A stretch of DNA of 64,000 nt, taken from positions 992,001 through 1,056,000 of the forward strand of contig CAXXMV010000002.1 in assembly GCA_963662285.2 (NCBI GenBank), in the 5' to 3' direction. The notes under the pieces were generated by a model, which did no database searches, was not told where the DNA came from, and saw only the letters and a program-made list of their open reading frames with translations. Shown here piece after piece: positions 19,162 through 29,135 of this stretch. Both the position numbers and the translations under genes were made by a program. The DNA comes from a bacterium (GTDB lineage Bacteria; Hinthialibacterota; Hinthialibacteria; Hinthialibacterales; Hinthialibacteraceae). Numbering within the stretch: the first letter of the stretch is position 1; the number at the start of each line of letters is the position of its first letter.

Positions 19162-19240
19162 ACTTAGTTGGTTACGAATTCCTCTCCCAAGATTGGGAGA
19201 GGTAAGGAGAGGGGTGATAGCATTAATTTAAGGAATTCGC

Positions 19241-22153
19241 ATGGCCATTACCAACAGTCATCGTTTCGTGACGCGGGGATTTCTCTTACGGATTATCCTG
19301 CCGACTATTTTGACAATATGTCTCTTTGTTATCACGCTGTTTTTTCTTCTCATTCCAGCCTTTGAGAAAACCATCCTGGACCGTAAGCGCGAGATGATCC
19401 GCGAGTTGACCAATTCGGCCTGGAGCGTTCTGGTCGAGCTCGAAGCCGAAGAGAAAGCCGGGAAACTATCGCAGAGCGAGGCGCAGCAGAGAGCCATCGA
19501 CCGCATCCAATTCCTGCGCTATGGCGATGAGAGTAAGGATTACTTCTGGATTTCTGATATGGCGCCGCGTATGGTGGTTCACCCATACCGCCCTGAGTTG
19601 AACGGCCAGAGCCTGTTAGATTATCAAGACCCCACCGGAAAGAAACTATTTATAGAATTCGTCAATGTAATCAAGGAAAAACAAGAGGGTTACGTCGATT
19701 ATATGTGGCAATGGAAAGACGACGAGACGCGCATCGTACCCAAACTTTCTTTCGTCAAAGGCTTCAAACCCTGGGGCTGGATCATCGGCACCGGCATATA
19801 TATCGAAGACGTCAAAGAGGAAATCGCCAAAATATCTCAGCGCCTTATTCTGATCTCCGCCGCTATTACTGCGCTCATAATTATTCTGCTGCTGTTTATT
19901 ACCCAGCATAGTTTGATGATCGAGAAGCAACGCAAACAAGCTGAACACGAACTTCGGGCATCCCGTGAGAAATACAAAACTCTGGTAGAAGCATCAACCG
20001 AAGGCTTTAGCATGATTGTTGAAAATAAAGTCTTTTACGCCAATCAGACTTTTCTTGATATGCTCGGTTATCAAGCCGGTGAGTTTAAGGGCGCCTCTAT
20101 AGATTGCCTCATGGCTGATGATGGAACCAACAATCATTACTGGAAAGATTTCCTGGAAAACAAACCTGTTCCCCCCAAGTATCTGGCGCAAGTATTGAAA
20201 AAAGACGGAGACATGCTGGATGTGCTTCTTTCCACTTCTCGCATCTCTTTCGCCGGTCAGGACGCCATACTTATAGTCGCCAAAGACGCAACCTATCATC
20301 AGGAACTGGAAGAGGAACTGGGAGATAGCAAAGCAAAATATGAAGCATTGACCAACAATATCAGCATGGGAGTCTTTCGCGCATCCCTTGGAAAGAAAGG
20401 CCGGTTGATTGAGGCCAATCCGGCGGCTGTATCTATTTTCGGTTTTCAGGATAGAGAAGGACTCTTTTCGACGCCGCTAAAAGAATTGATGCACGATGAA
20501 GAAGACTATGTACAATTCCTGCTTGAATTGAACAAAAACAAGTCAGTCAAAAATAAAATTGTTCGCATTCGCAGACAAGATGGAACGGTTCCGATAGTCT
20601 CTATATCTGCGGTTTTGATTGATGATGGCCGCTCCCCGAAATATCTGGACGCCATTTTGGAAGATATTACCTCCCGGGAAAAAATTGATCAGGAACGGGA
20701 TGATTTAATCGTTGAGTTGCAGACTTCGTTGATTTATCTTAATCAACCGATCCGGCATTCAATTCGTGAGATGCTATCCTGCGACATGAACCAATCGATC
20801 AGACGCGCTGCAACTTTGATGACCAAACATAATGCTTCCGCCATTCTGGTTAAATCAGAACAGGGGGATTATCTGGGCGTGGTAACCGACCATGATATCC
20901 GTTCGCGGGTTGTGGCGGAGAACTATGACCAACAAAAACCTGTCTTTGAAATCATGAGTTCACCGCTGATCACTATCTCCGATCATGCTCTTATTTTCGA
21001 AGCGGCTTTGCTGATGCAGCAGAAACGCATTCGCCATCTGGCGATTAAAGATCATTCGGGTGAAATTATCAGTATTATTACTGATAAGGAACTCTTGCAA
21101 GTGCACCGCTATTCTTCCGCTATCCTCTTGCAGGAATTGCAAAAGGCGGAATCGCTCGACGAAATCATGGAAGGATGTGAACGCCTTCCCCTACTGGTCA
21201 AAGCGTTAATAGACAGCGGCGCCAAGGCCCGGAATATTACCCGGATCATCACTACTATTTCCGACGTCATTATCTATAAGGTTATCAATATCGCTTTTGA
21301 TGAACTGGGCGCTCCACCGGCCAGTTTCGCCTTTATCGCAATGGGCAGCGTCGGTCGGGAAGAGCAGACCCTGACTTCTGATCAGGATAACGCGATTATT
21401 TTTGAGGATGTGTCCGCTGATCGTATTGAAGAAGTCCAGACTTATTTTCTCTCTTTTGGAAAGAAGGTCTGCACTTATCTTGATCAAGCGGGATACGACC
21501 TTTGTAAGGGAGAGGTGATGGCCATGAATCCCAAATGGTGTCAGCCTCTTGCGCAATGGCAGGATTATTTCTCTGAATGGATAACCACAGCTGATCCGCA
21601 AGCCTTGCTCGACCTGAAGATATTCTTTGATTACCGGTTTCTTTTTGGTGATGAAGAATTAGTGGAGTCGCTTACTTCGCATCTTCATAAAGTAATAGAG
21701 GGCAAAGCCGCCTTCTTCCAGAATCTGGCTTCCAACACATTATTATTCAAGCCGCCGTTGGGCTTCTTCGGTAATATTGTTGTTAAAGATAAGCAGGGGC
21801 ATCCGGAAACCTTTGATATCAAAGACGCCATGATTCCCATAGTCGACTTCGCCCGGACCTACGCCTTGCAAAAACATATTGTTGAAACCAATACCCTTGA
21901 TCGGTTGCTGCGCCTGTCTGAAATGAATGTTTTTACCAGATCAAGTTATGAAAACGCTGTTCAGTCTTATAATCTTTTGATGCAGTTACGTTTTAAGCAT
22001 CAATCCACCGCCTTGAATCAAAACATCCAGCCGGATAACTTTATCAATCCCAAATCTCTGACCAATATAGAACTGAGTATGTTAAAGAAAACCTTCTCAC
22101 AAATCAGCGATTTTCAATCTAAACTTAGTTTTGATTTTACTGGTTCGGGATAG
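19241..22153 (+). CDS. membrane sensor: TM-Cache_2-TM-PAS-PAS-CBS pair-DUF294 nucleotidyltransferase-DUF294_C
   Basis: Cache LRYG..DYFWI...MVVHPYRPELNG...DPTGK...YMW...PKLSFVKGFKPWGWIIGTGIYIEDV; two PAS (ANQTF, ANPAA); CBS GVVTDHDIR, IRHLAI; NTase GSVGREEQTLTSDQDN; MAMNPKW; IFFDYR; DIK. Confidence 0.88.
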   Translation: MAITNSHRFVTRGFLLRIILPTILTICLFVITLFFLLIPAFEKTILDRKREMIRELTNSAWSVLVELEAEEKAGKLSQSEAQQRAIDRIQFLRYGDESKDYFWISDMAPRMVVHPYRPELNGQSLLDYQDPTGKKLFIEFVNVIKEKQEGYVDYMWQWKDDETRIVPKLSFVKGFKPWGWIIGTGIYIEDVKEEIAKISQRLILISAAITALIIILLLFITQHSLMIEKQRKQAEHELRASREKYKTLVEASTEGFSMIVENKVFYANQTFLDMLGYQAGEFKGASIDCLMADDGTNNHYWKDFLENKPVPPKYLAQVLKKDGDMLDVLLSTSRISFAGQDAILIVAKDATYHQELEEELGDSKAKYEALTNNISMGVFRASLGKKGRLIEANPAAVSIFGFQDREGLFSTPLKELMHDEEDYVQFLLELNKNKSVKNKIVRIRRQDGTVPIVSISAVLIDDGRSPKYLDAILEDITSREKIDQERDDLIVELQTSLIYLNQPIRHSIREMLSCDMNQSIRRAATLMTKHNASAILVKSEQGDYLGVVTDHDIRSRVVAENYDQQKPVFEIMSSPLITISDHALIFEAALLMQQKRIRHLAIKDHSGEIISIITDKELLQVHRYSSAILLQELQKAESLDEIMEGCERLPLLVKALIDSGAKARNITRIITTISDVIIYKVINIAFDELGAPPASFAFIAMGSVGREEQTLTSDQDNAIIFEDVSADRIEEVQTYFLSFGKKVCTYLDQAGYDLCKGEVMAMNPKWCQPLAQWQDYFSEWITTADPQALLDLKIFFDYRFLFGDEELVESLTSHLHKVIEGKAAFFQNLASNTLLFKPPLGFFGNIVVKDKQGHPETFDIKDAMIPIVDFARTYALQKHIVETNTLDRLLRLSEMNVFTRSSYENAVQSYNLLMQLRFKHQSTALNQNIQPDNFINPKSLTNIELSMLKKTFSQISDFQSKLSFDFTGSG

Positions 22154-22205
22154 GAATAGTGGTTATCACAAATCGGATACCCGAATTCCGGGCGCCCACG
22201 AGAGG

Positions 22206-22339
22206 CCATGTCATTAAGTTAAGATATTTCATTCTATCGTTGGTGGTTAGATCAAGGGCTGACCGCATTGCGGTCTTGCCCTTGCCACCCATTCTCTTTT
22301 AATGAGAGAGAAGACAACACGGTTAACTTAATGATATTG
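22206..22339. mobile_element. MITE-like element with 17-bp terminal inverted repeats and 11-bp target duplication
   Basis: TIRs ccatgtcattaagttaa / ttaacttaatgatattg (2 mismatches); flanks cccacgagagg (22195-22205) and cctacgatagg (22340-22350). Confidence 0.6.
22242..22290. repeat. REP-like palindrome, family B
   Basis: ggtgg...atcaagggctgaccgcattgcggtcttgcccttgccaccc. Confidence 0.85.
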
Positions 22340-22364
22340 CCTACGATAGGCGCCCCTAATTGAT

Positions 22365-23171
22365 TCAGGCAAAATACCCCCTCAGTATTTCAGCCGCCAG
22401 ATGTGGTTTCATTTCAAAGCATTCTGAGATCAGGGGTCCCTGGTAATTTATGCTTTGCAATTCATTCGCTAATGTTTTCCAGCAGACGTTTCCTTCGCCT
22501 GGAGCTAAGTGGTCGTCAAAATTTCCATCGTTATCATGGAAATGAAGATTGACCATTTTTGAACCGACCTTTTCTATATATACTGAATATCCCTCATTGG
22601 TGTTGGCATGACCGATATCCAGACAAAAACTGATCCAGTCGCAGTTGATTCTCTCAAAGATAAACTCAAAGTCGCTTACGCAGTCGCCCAGAAAGTACAA
22701 TTCAGTTCCATCGCGTAAAGTTACGGCATTTTCCAACGCCAGATGGACTTCGGCATCCGTGCAGATTCCTTCCAGTTCAGTTAAACTTTTAACCACGGTC
22801 TCCAGCATCTGTTTGCGCAGCCAGGGCCATGATTGGATGCTATTGAAACTTCCCAGGTGGCAGGTGATATGGGTGGCATTGATTTCTTTGGCGATGTTGA
22901 AGCACTTTTTTAAGTAGGTGATATTGGATTTACGAATAAAGAAAATCCGCTCAGCCAGATTGAGGTTGTATGGCGCATGCAAACTTAATGAGATGCCGGA
23001 GTCTTCTGAGAGTTCCCGTAGGTTTTCGATTCGTTTGGTAGTGAAGGTTTGGATGATTGAATGGTCTTTGATTAAATCAATTTCCAAATGGCGTAAACCA
23101 TGCGAGGCGGCGTAATCGAAATATTCTTCAACTGGTTTGTGGTAAATGCTGAAACCAAATGTCAGATTCAT
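22365..23171 (-). CDS. sugar phosphate isomerase/epimerase (AP endonuclease 2 TIM barrel)
   Basis: SLHAPY, LALEN, CLDIGHA, HFHDNDG..DDHLAPGEG, ISE motifs. Confidence 0.85.
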   Translation of the reverse strand: MNLTFGFSIYHKPVEEYFDYAASHGLRHLEIDLIKDHSIIQTFTTKRIENLRELSEDSGISLSLHAPYNLNLAERIFFIRKSNITYLKKCFNIAKEINATHITCHLGSFNSIQSWPWLRKQMLETVVKSLTELEGICTDAEVHLALENAVTLRDGTELYFLGDCVSDFEFIFERINCDWISFCLDIGHANTNEGYSVYIEKVGSKMVNLHFHDNDGNFDDHLAPGEGNVCWKTLANELQSINYQGPLISECFEMKPHLAAEILRGYFA

Positions 23172-23371
23172 CGATTATCCCGCTATATGGCTGCAAGGTC
23201 GGGCGCCATAGATATTCATTTTATTTTATACAATTATTGAGTCACAGCGCTCGACGCAAACTTATAACTTATGGGAAAACATGCTAAATTTACAGATCGA
23301 GAGCGATTCTTGATAATAACATTGTTGTTTTAGAAAATCTCTCCAATGAGTTTAGCATATCATCTAAAGTT

Positions 23372-24250
23372 ATGGTACTAACCTTTATGACTGAATTAAA
23401 AGCGCATTCATCGCATTCGGTAATTAAAAAAGGGATTGACAAGCAATCTATGCATGGTTGGCGGCTGCGGACTCATGAAATAATTTTTGAAGCCGACACT
23501 GCATTTGGCAAATGGTTCGATGTACTGCTGATTGGCTGCATCTTTTTAAGCGTCATCGCGGTGATGCTGGATAGCGTTCGTTCTATCAGTGAAGTTCACG
23601 GCGCCGCCCTCTACCGCATTGAGTGGATATTTACTCTGTTATTTACAGTCGAATATATTCTGCGCTTGCTCTGCATCGGTAGACCATTGCTATATGCCAG
23701 CAGTTTTTTTGGCGTAGTAGACTTGCTCGCTATTTTACCGACCTACATTAGTCTGATATTTCCTGGAAGCCAATATCTATTAGTTATTAGAATCCTGCGC
23801 GTGTTGCGCGTCTTCCGGGTGCTGAAACTGGCGCAATATCTGGGCGAAGCCAATATGCTGATGCAAGCGCTCAGAGCCAGCCGGCGCAAAATCATCGTCT
23901 TTCTTTTCGCGGTGATGACTTTGGTGGTGATCTTCGGATCGGTGATGTACCTTGTGGAGGGGGAAGAGAACGGATTCACCAGCATTCCCAAGGCTATCTA
24001 TTGGTCTGTGGTTACTCTTACAACGGTTGGTTATGGCGACATCTCGCCGCAGACCGATCTCGGCCAAGTTCTGGCCTGCTTCATTATGATAATGGGGTAC
24101 GGCATTATCGCCGTACCCACCGGAATCGTAACCGCCGAACTCACCTTCGCCAAAGGGAAAACCATATCTACCCAGTCATGCCCCCAATGCAGTATGGAAG
24201 GCCACGACTTCGGCGCGGTATATTGCAAGTATTGTGGGGCGAAGTTGTAG
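23372..24250 (+). CDS. voltage-gated potassium channel-like ion transporter
   Basis: S4 RILRVLRVFRVLKL; filter TTVGYGD; C-terminal CPQC...CKYC. Confidence 0.92.
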   Translation: MVLTFMTELKAHSSHSVIKKGIDKQSMHGWRLRTHEIIFEADTAFGKWFDVLLIGCIFLSVIAVMLDSVRSISEVHGAALYRIEWIFTLLFTVEYILRLLCIGRPLLYASSFFGVVDLLAILPTYISLIFPGSQYLLVIRILRVLRVFRVLKLAQYLGEANMLMQALRASRRKIIVFLFAVMTLVVIFGSVMYLVEGEENGFTSIPKAIYWSVVTLTTVGYGDISPQTDLGQVLACFIMIMGYGIIAVPTGIVTAELTFAKGKTISTQSCPQCSMEGHDFGAVYCKYCGAKL

Positions 24251-24268
24251 GATTAATCTTACCCACGA

Positions 24269-24298
24269 GTAGGGTGGGTCACGCCTCACCGACCCACC
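24269..24298 (+). repeat. GTAG-type REP, family A
   Basis: gtagggtgggtcacgcctcaccgacccacc between convergent genes. Confidence 0.85.
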
Positions 24299-24358
24299 AA
24301 AAATCCACTCCAAACATAATACCACCCCACCAAAATCAAATACAAAACCCGGGTTGAA

Positions 24359-25525
24359 TCATTTGCAGCAATGCAAAACCTTGGCGATCTCTTCTTTGGT
24401 ATAAGCGGTCAATCCCCATTTGGTGGCCAGCATAGTTGCGTTTTCTGCAAGCGCTTCTATATCAGTCTCAGGGATATTAGCGTCGGATAGGCTGACCGGG
24501 CAACCGATTTTCTTGAACCATGCTTTGAGCGCTTCGATGCCTTTGGCGGCGGTTGCTACTGGCGAACCTTGGTCTTCGACATCAAATACCCGTTGGGCGA
24601 ATTGGGCGAACTTGGCGGGATTCTTTTGCGAGTTATGGGTCATCCAGCCGGGGATCACGATGGCTAATCCTGCGCCGTGGGCGATATCATAAAACGCGCT
24701 GAGCGAATGTTCGATAGCGTGGTTGGGGAAGCCGCAGGGGCCGATTCCGGCGATAGGCAAGCCGTTGAGCGCCAGCGTGGCCGCCCACATCAGAGTAGCG
24801 CGTCCCTGGTAGTCGGAGGGATTCCCGTGAATGATATCCATGCTCTCCATGATGGAATGAATCAGGCCTTCGACGTAACGGTCCTGAATGGGGAGCCATT
24901 TGTCTGATGTAGTAAAATAGCCTTCGATAATATGAGAAATAGCGTCAACCGCGCCATAGGCGGTATAGGTTGCAGGCACGCTGCAGGTGGTTGTAGGGTC
25001 TAGGATCGAGGTTTTGGGGAATAAATAGGGAGAATTAACATTGAATTTCATTTTCAATTCTTCGTTGGTTATCACTCCGCCGCAGTTCATCTCTGATCCG
25101 GTGGCCGCCAAAGTTAGCACGGTAAGCAGAGGAAGCGCATCCTGTACTGCCCGCGTTCCTAAAAAGAAATCCCACACATCGCCATCATCTTTGGCGCCAG
25201 CGCAAATTGCTTTTGATTCATCCAACACGCTGCCGCCGCCTACGGCGACCACTGCATCCACCGCTTCGCTTTTGGCCAGGGCGATGCCTTCCCGCAGGTG
25301 TGACAAAACTGGATTAGACTTAACGCCGGGAAACTCGACTATCGCAATGTCCGCCCCTTTTAGAGATGTCACTACCTGATCGTAGACGCCATTAGTTTTT
25401 ATGCTTGATTTGCCATAAACCAACAGTACTTTCTTGGCGTACTTTTTGGTTTCCTCGCCAATCCGGGGAATGGTTCCTTCGCCAAAAATGATTCTGGTTG
25501 GATTACAAAATTCAAAATTCTGCAT
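24359..25525 (-). CDS. iron-containing alcohol dehydrogenase (butanol dehydrogenase/YqhD-like)
   Basis: NPTRIIFG, GGGSVLD, TLAATGSEMN, DAISHIIE, HAIEHSLSA..HGAGLA. Confidence 0.92.
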   Translation of the reverse strand: MQNFEFCNPTRIIFGEGTIPRIGEETKKYAKKVLLVYGKSSIKTNGVYDQVVTSLKGADIAIVEFPGVKSNPVLSHLREGIALAKSEAVDAVVAVGGGSVLDESKAICAGAKDDGDVWDFFLGTRAVQDALPLLTVLTLAATGSEMNCGGVITNEELKMKFNVNSPYLFPKTSILDPTTTCSVPATYTAYGAVDAISHIIEGYFTTSDKWLPIQDRYVEGLIHSIMESMDIIHGNPSDYQGRATLMWAATLALNGLPIAGIGPCGFPNHAIEHSLSAFYDIAHGAGLAIVIPGWMTHNSQKNPAKFAQFAQRVFDVEDQGSPVATAAKGIEALKAWFKKIGCPVSLSDANIPETDIEALAENATMLATKWGLTAYTKEEIAKVLHCCK

Positions 25526-25558
25526 GTTTCAACTCCTTGTTATGGTAAATGATTTTTA

Positions 25559-27049
25559 TTATTTATCTTCCCAGTGCTTGGAACGTTCGATGGCTTTGTT
25601 CCATCCGGCTCTCATCTTCTCTATCTTACTTGTTTTCATGGAGGGATTAAATGTTTGATCGACCTGCCATTGTTGTGCTATATCCTTGATGTCAGGCCAA
25701 AAGCCTACCGCCAGACCAGCCAGGTAGGCCGCGCCAAGGGCTGTGGTCTCCATAATTTCAGGCCTCACCAGCCGGATGCCGCATATATCTGATTGTAATT
25801 GCATTAGCATCTGATTGGATGAAGCCCCGCCATCCACCCGTAACTCAGTAATGGGAATGTTTGAATCAGCTTGCATGGCTTCCAGCACATCGGTCACCTG
25901 ATAGGCGATGCACTCCAACGCCGCGCGGGCTAAATGACCTGCGGTTGTGCCGCGGGTGATGCCTGCGATGACGCCGCGTGCGTATTGATCCCAGTGCGGC
26001 GCCCCGAGTCCGGTGAAGGCGGGCGACAAATATATCCCGCCATTGTCTTCGACCGAAGCGGCCAGTTTTTCGACTTCGGCGGCGTTTTTTATGATGCCCA
26101 GCCCGTCGCGCAGCCATTGCACCACCGCCCCGGCGATAAAGATGCTGCCTTCCAGGGCGTATGTGATGCGGTCTTCGATTTGCCATGCTACGGTGGTTAA
26201 CAGGTTATGTTTGGAGGTGATGGCTTGCGACCCGGTGTTGAGCAAAAGAAAACCGCCTGTACCATAGGTGCTTTTTACCATACCACGATCAACGCACATC
26301 TGACCGAACAGTGCGGCCTGCTGGTCGCCCGCCATACCCGCAACGGGAATGGGGTGAGAGAAGATATTGATAGATGTTTCACCATACACCTGGCTGGAAG
26401 AACAGACGGTGGGCAGCATAGCGCGTGGGATATCCAACATATCCAGTAGTTCATCATCCCATTCACCAGTATGTATATTAAATAAAAGCGTGCGGGAAGC
26501 GTTGGACGCATCGGTTACATGCCGCTGACCGTCAGTAAGTTTCCAGACCAGCCATGAATCAATGGTTCCGAAGGCCAGTTGGCCTGATTCGGCTTTGTTT
26601 CTGGCGTCAGGGATATTATCAAGCATCCATTTAATTTTAGTTCCTGAAAAATAAGCGTCGAGCAACAGTCCGGTCTTATTCCTGATGGTTGGTTCATGTC
26701 CGGCGCTTTTAAGTTGGTCGCATAACGATGCGGTGCGTCGATCCTGCCAGACAATGGCATTACAGATGGGCTGGCCGCTCTTTTTATCCCAGACCACCGT
26801 AGTTTCGCGTTGATTGGTGATGCCGATAGCGGCGATTTCTTTTGAGGTCGCGCCAGACCGGGCGATAACTTCAGCCGCCACGCTGATTTGCGACGACCAG
26901 ATTTCATCGGCGTCATGCTCCACCCAACCGGATTTAGGAAAAATCTGTTCGAACTCTTTCTGGGCGACATGCTTGATACGACCTTGTCGGTCGAACAGTA
27001 TAGCGCGTGAACTGGTAGTTCCCTGATCCAAAGCGAGAATGTATTTCAT
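25559..27049 (-). CDS. glpK: glycerol kinase
   Basis: [52 protein letters not shown]; ATG at 27049 with GGAGG RBS. Confidence 0.97.
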   Translation of the reverse strand: MKYILALDQGTTSSRAILFDRQGRIKHVAQKEFEQIFPKSGWVEHDADEIWSSQISVAAEVIARSGATSKEIAAIGITNQRETTVVWDKKSGQPICNAIVWQDRRTASLCDQLKSAGHEPTIRNKTGLLLDAYFSGTKIKWMLDNIPDARNKAESGQLAFGTIDSWLVWKLTDGQRHVTDASNASRTLLFNIHTGEWDDELLDMLDIPRAMLPTVCSSSQVYGETSINIFSHPIPVAGMAGDQQAALFGQMCVDRGMVKSTYGTGGFLLLNTGSQAITSKHNLLTTVAWQIEDRITYALEGSIFIAGAVVQWLRDGLGIIKNAAEVEKLAASVEDNGGIYLSPAFTGLGAPHWDQYARGVIAGITRGTTAGHLARAALECIAYQVTDVLEAMQADSNIPITELRVDGGASSNQMLMQLQSDICGIRLVRPEIMETTALGAAYLAGLAVGFWPDIKDIAQQWQVDQTFNPSMKTSKIEKMRAGWNKAIERSKHWEDK

Positions 27050-27067
27050 TAGATATGTTACCTCCGC

Positions 27068-27097
27068 GTAGGGTGGGTCGCGCCTCACCGACCCACC
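27068..27097 (+). repeat. GTAG-type REP, family A
   Basis: gtagggtgggtcgcgcctcaccgacccacc, one difference from the other copies. Confidence 0.85.
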
Positions 27098-27205
27098 AAA
27101 AGATTACTCAATATATGATGCCACCCTGCCTTTGCGTAGGGTAGGGTTTGTCTTATCAACACGTCAAAAGACTACCTTTTCTTTTCAGAAACCCAACATC
27201 ATATT

Positions 27206-27255
27206 GGGTGGCTTAATCAAGGGCTGACCGCAATGCGGTCTTGCCCTTGCCACCC
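27206..27255. repeat. REP-like palindrome, family B
   Basis: gggtggc...caagggctgaccgcaatgcggtcttgcccttgccaccc. Confidence 0.85.
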
Positions 27256-27398
27256 TTCTATTGTTGATTCAAGCTGAGCGGCAACCATTTGGACAAGAGT
27301 TATTTGAAAATAGAATAGTTCGAGAAGAATATTTGAGGGCTATGCGATTCGTTTGGGTGCAAGCGGATTATACCCGCCTTATTCGTTTGTTTGATTAG
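27255..27398 (+). pseudogene. C-terminal remnant of a Fic-family gene
   Basis: Frame LLLLIQAERQPFGQELFENRIVREEYLRAMRFVWVQADYTRLIRLFD* resembles Fic C-termini; begins at the REP boundary; no HPFxxGNGR motif. Confidence 0.45.
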
Positions 27399-27567
27399 TT
27401 GTAGGCTCAATCGTAGCCTGTACTTTTGGGGATTTTTCTAGTAGGATCGTTTCACGCATGATTTCTTGTGCAGTTTCATCCATGCCTTCCAATGAAATAT
27501 TGAAAGCCACAGCTCTGCGAATCATCGCTTCCCGCTTAACTGGATCCATTTGTTCATAGAATTTCAT
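27379..27567 (-). CDS. small protein, VbhA-like Fic antitoxin candidate
   Basis: RRAVAFNISLEG resembles the (S/T)xxxE(G/N) inhibitory motif, with N in the first position. Confidence 0.45.
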   Translation of the reverse strand: MKFYEQMDPVKREAMIRRAVAFNISLEGMDETAQEIMRETILLEKSPKVQATIEPTTNQTNE

Positions 27568-27746
27568 GGTTTTGACCTTTGTTTCTCATGATATATTATA
27601 CTACATTCTTTCTACAAAAGCCAATTATTCATAATCCTCTGCTAGCATGGCAGCCTGAACCTCGGATCGTAGGCGACTTCCCTTGGCGACCGTTTGTTTT
27701 ACAAGTCCAGTTTTGCCACTGCTCCACGCTTACTTAACTTTCTCTT

Positions 27747-28994
27747 ATGAAATCTGTATTCTATATGATCTGGAATTCTATCGAGAGTAATCTAATGTCA
27801 TTTTCCTTAAAACCAATAACCGAATTGATTTTCTATATTATCAATAATCAAAAAAAATGCTTGAGTAAAGATTATTTACTCGACAAGGCCATGCGAAAAA
27901 CCAGACTGAATGACTGGGGCGATTTAGAGTTTCATGAGCCGCTGGAAATCCTGCTGACATCCCTACGCAATGAAGCCCGGCTTAGCCAACAGGGCAAGTT
28001 TATAATCACTCAGCATTACCTTAGGCTGCTGACTAATATCCTTAAGATAGTCGAAGATTGGAAGCAACACCCCGAAATAGCCAATGTGCAAATCAATCCG
28101 CCAATTTTCATACTAGGCTTTCCCCGGACTGGAACCACCTTTTTACACAGCCTCATGTCGCTGGATGCATCGCATCGCTCGTTGCGTTATTGGGAATTGC
28201 TGTTTCCTTCTCCACCGCCGGAACCATCAATGCAAGACTCTGATCCACGCATCAAAATGGCGCAATGGTTTGTCTATTTTATTGACAAGATTTCTCCCAA
28301 ACTGGCTGATATCCATCAGTTGAAGGCTACTGGCGTTGAAGAGTGTTGTTTCATATTCGATCACTTTTTTCTGGATAACATCCACAACATGGTGTTTGAC
28401 GTCCCTTCATATATTCAGTGGTATGACAAACATGATCCCGTCCCATCCTATAAGTTTCACTACCGGATGTTGCAGCACTACGGCTGGAAATATTCCTTTG
28501 AGCGCTACGTACTCAAAGCGCCGAGGCATCTGTTCTGCTTGAAAGCCTTGCTGGAGGTTTATCCTGACGCCCATATAATCTGGACGCACCGCGAACCCAA
28601 GACCGCCATTGCATCATTATGCAGTTTAAGCGAAACCGCCCGGCGTATTGTATCTCATGACGTCGATAACAAACGCATTGGGCGTCTATGTCTGGATTAC
28701 TTTGAGAAAGATTTCAACTCAGCTTATCCAGCCAGGAACGACGCCAAACCCGGGCAGATTCTGGATGTGCCATATAGAGATTTGGTGCATGATCCAATCA
28801 AGACGGTGCAGAAGATATATCAACATTTTGGTTTTTTATATACAGATCAATTAGACAATGAACTCAGTCGGAAAATTCAGCAAAAACCAACTGGTAATCG
28901 TAAGCCGCATCAATATTCATTAGAGGATTATGATATTAATCCAGCGGAAATTGATGAGCGGTTAAAAAGTTATTCTGATGCTTTCGGGGATTAA
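27747..28994 (+). CDS. sulfotransferase family protein (Sulfotransfer_3)
   Basis: PIFILGFPRTGTT 5'-PSB loop, LKAPRH, IIWTHREP..AIAS. Confidence 0.9.
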   Translation: MKSVFYMIWNSIESNLMSFSLKPITELIFYIINNQKKCLSKDYLLDKAMRKTRLNDWGDLEFHEPLEILLTSLRNEARLSQQGKFIITQHYLRLLTNILKIVEDWKQHPEIANVQINPPIFILGFPRTGTTFLHSLMSLDASHRSLRYWELLFPSPPPEPSMQDSDPRIKMAQWFVYFIDKISPKLADIHQLKATGVEECCFIFDHFFLDNIHNMVFDVPSYIQWYDKHDPVPSYKFHYRMLQHYGWKYSFERYVLKAPRHLFCLKALLEVYPDAHIIWTHREPKTAIASLCSLSETARRIVSHDVDNKRIGRLCLDYFEKDFNSAYPARNDAKPGQILDVPYRDLVHDPIKTVQKIYQHFGFLYTDQLDNELSRKIQQKPTGNRKPHQYSLEDYDINPAEIDERLKSYSDAFGD

Positions 28995-29041
28995 TTAATT
29001 CCGATTAATCTATCTTTTAAAAAATCCTGTTTAAAAAATAC

Positions 29042-29071
29042 TTGACAAATAGTTGGGATTTCTGAAATAAT
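29042..29071 (+). promoter_or_regulatory. putative sigma70 promoter
   Basis: TTGACA-N18-AATAAT with TG extension. Confidence 0.45.
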
Positions 29072-29135
29072 CCGAGAATATGTTTTACTAAATGATTACA
29101 TATATTTAAGTCAAGTATGTTATGGGAGGTTTATA

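Noticed and set aside
27630-27725. Minus-strand GGCAAA...CGCCAAG...CCTACG...GGCTGCC resembling a c-di-GMP-I riboswitch
   Set aside because: No proper GNRA loop/receptor or P3 pairing could be built by eye; needs an Infernal/Rfam search
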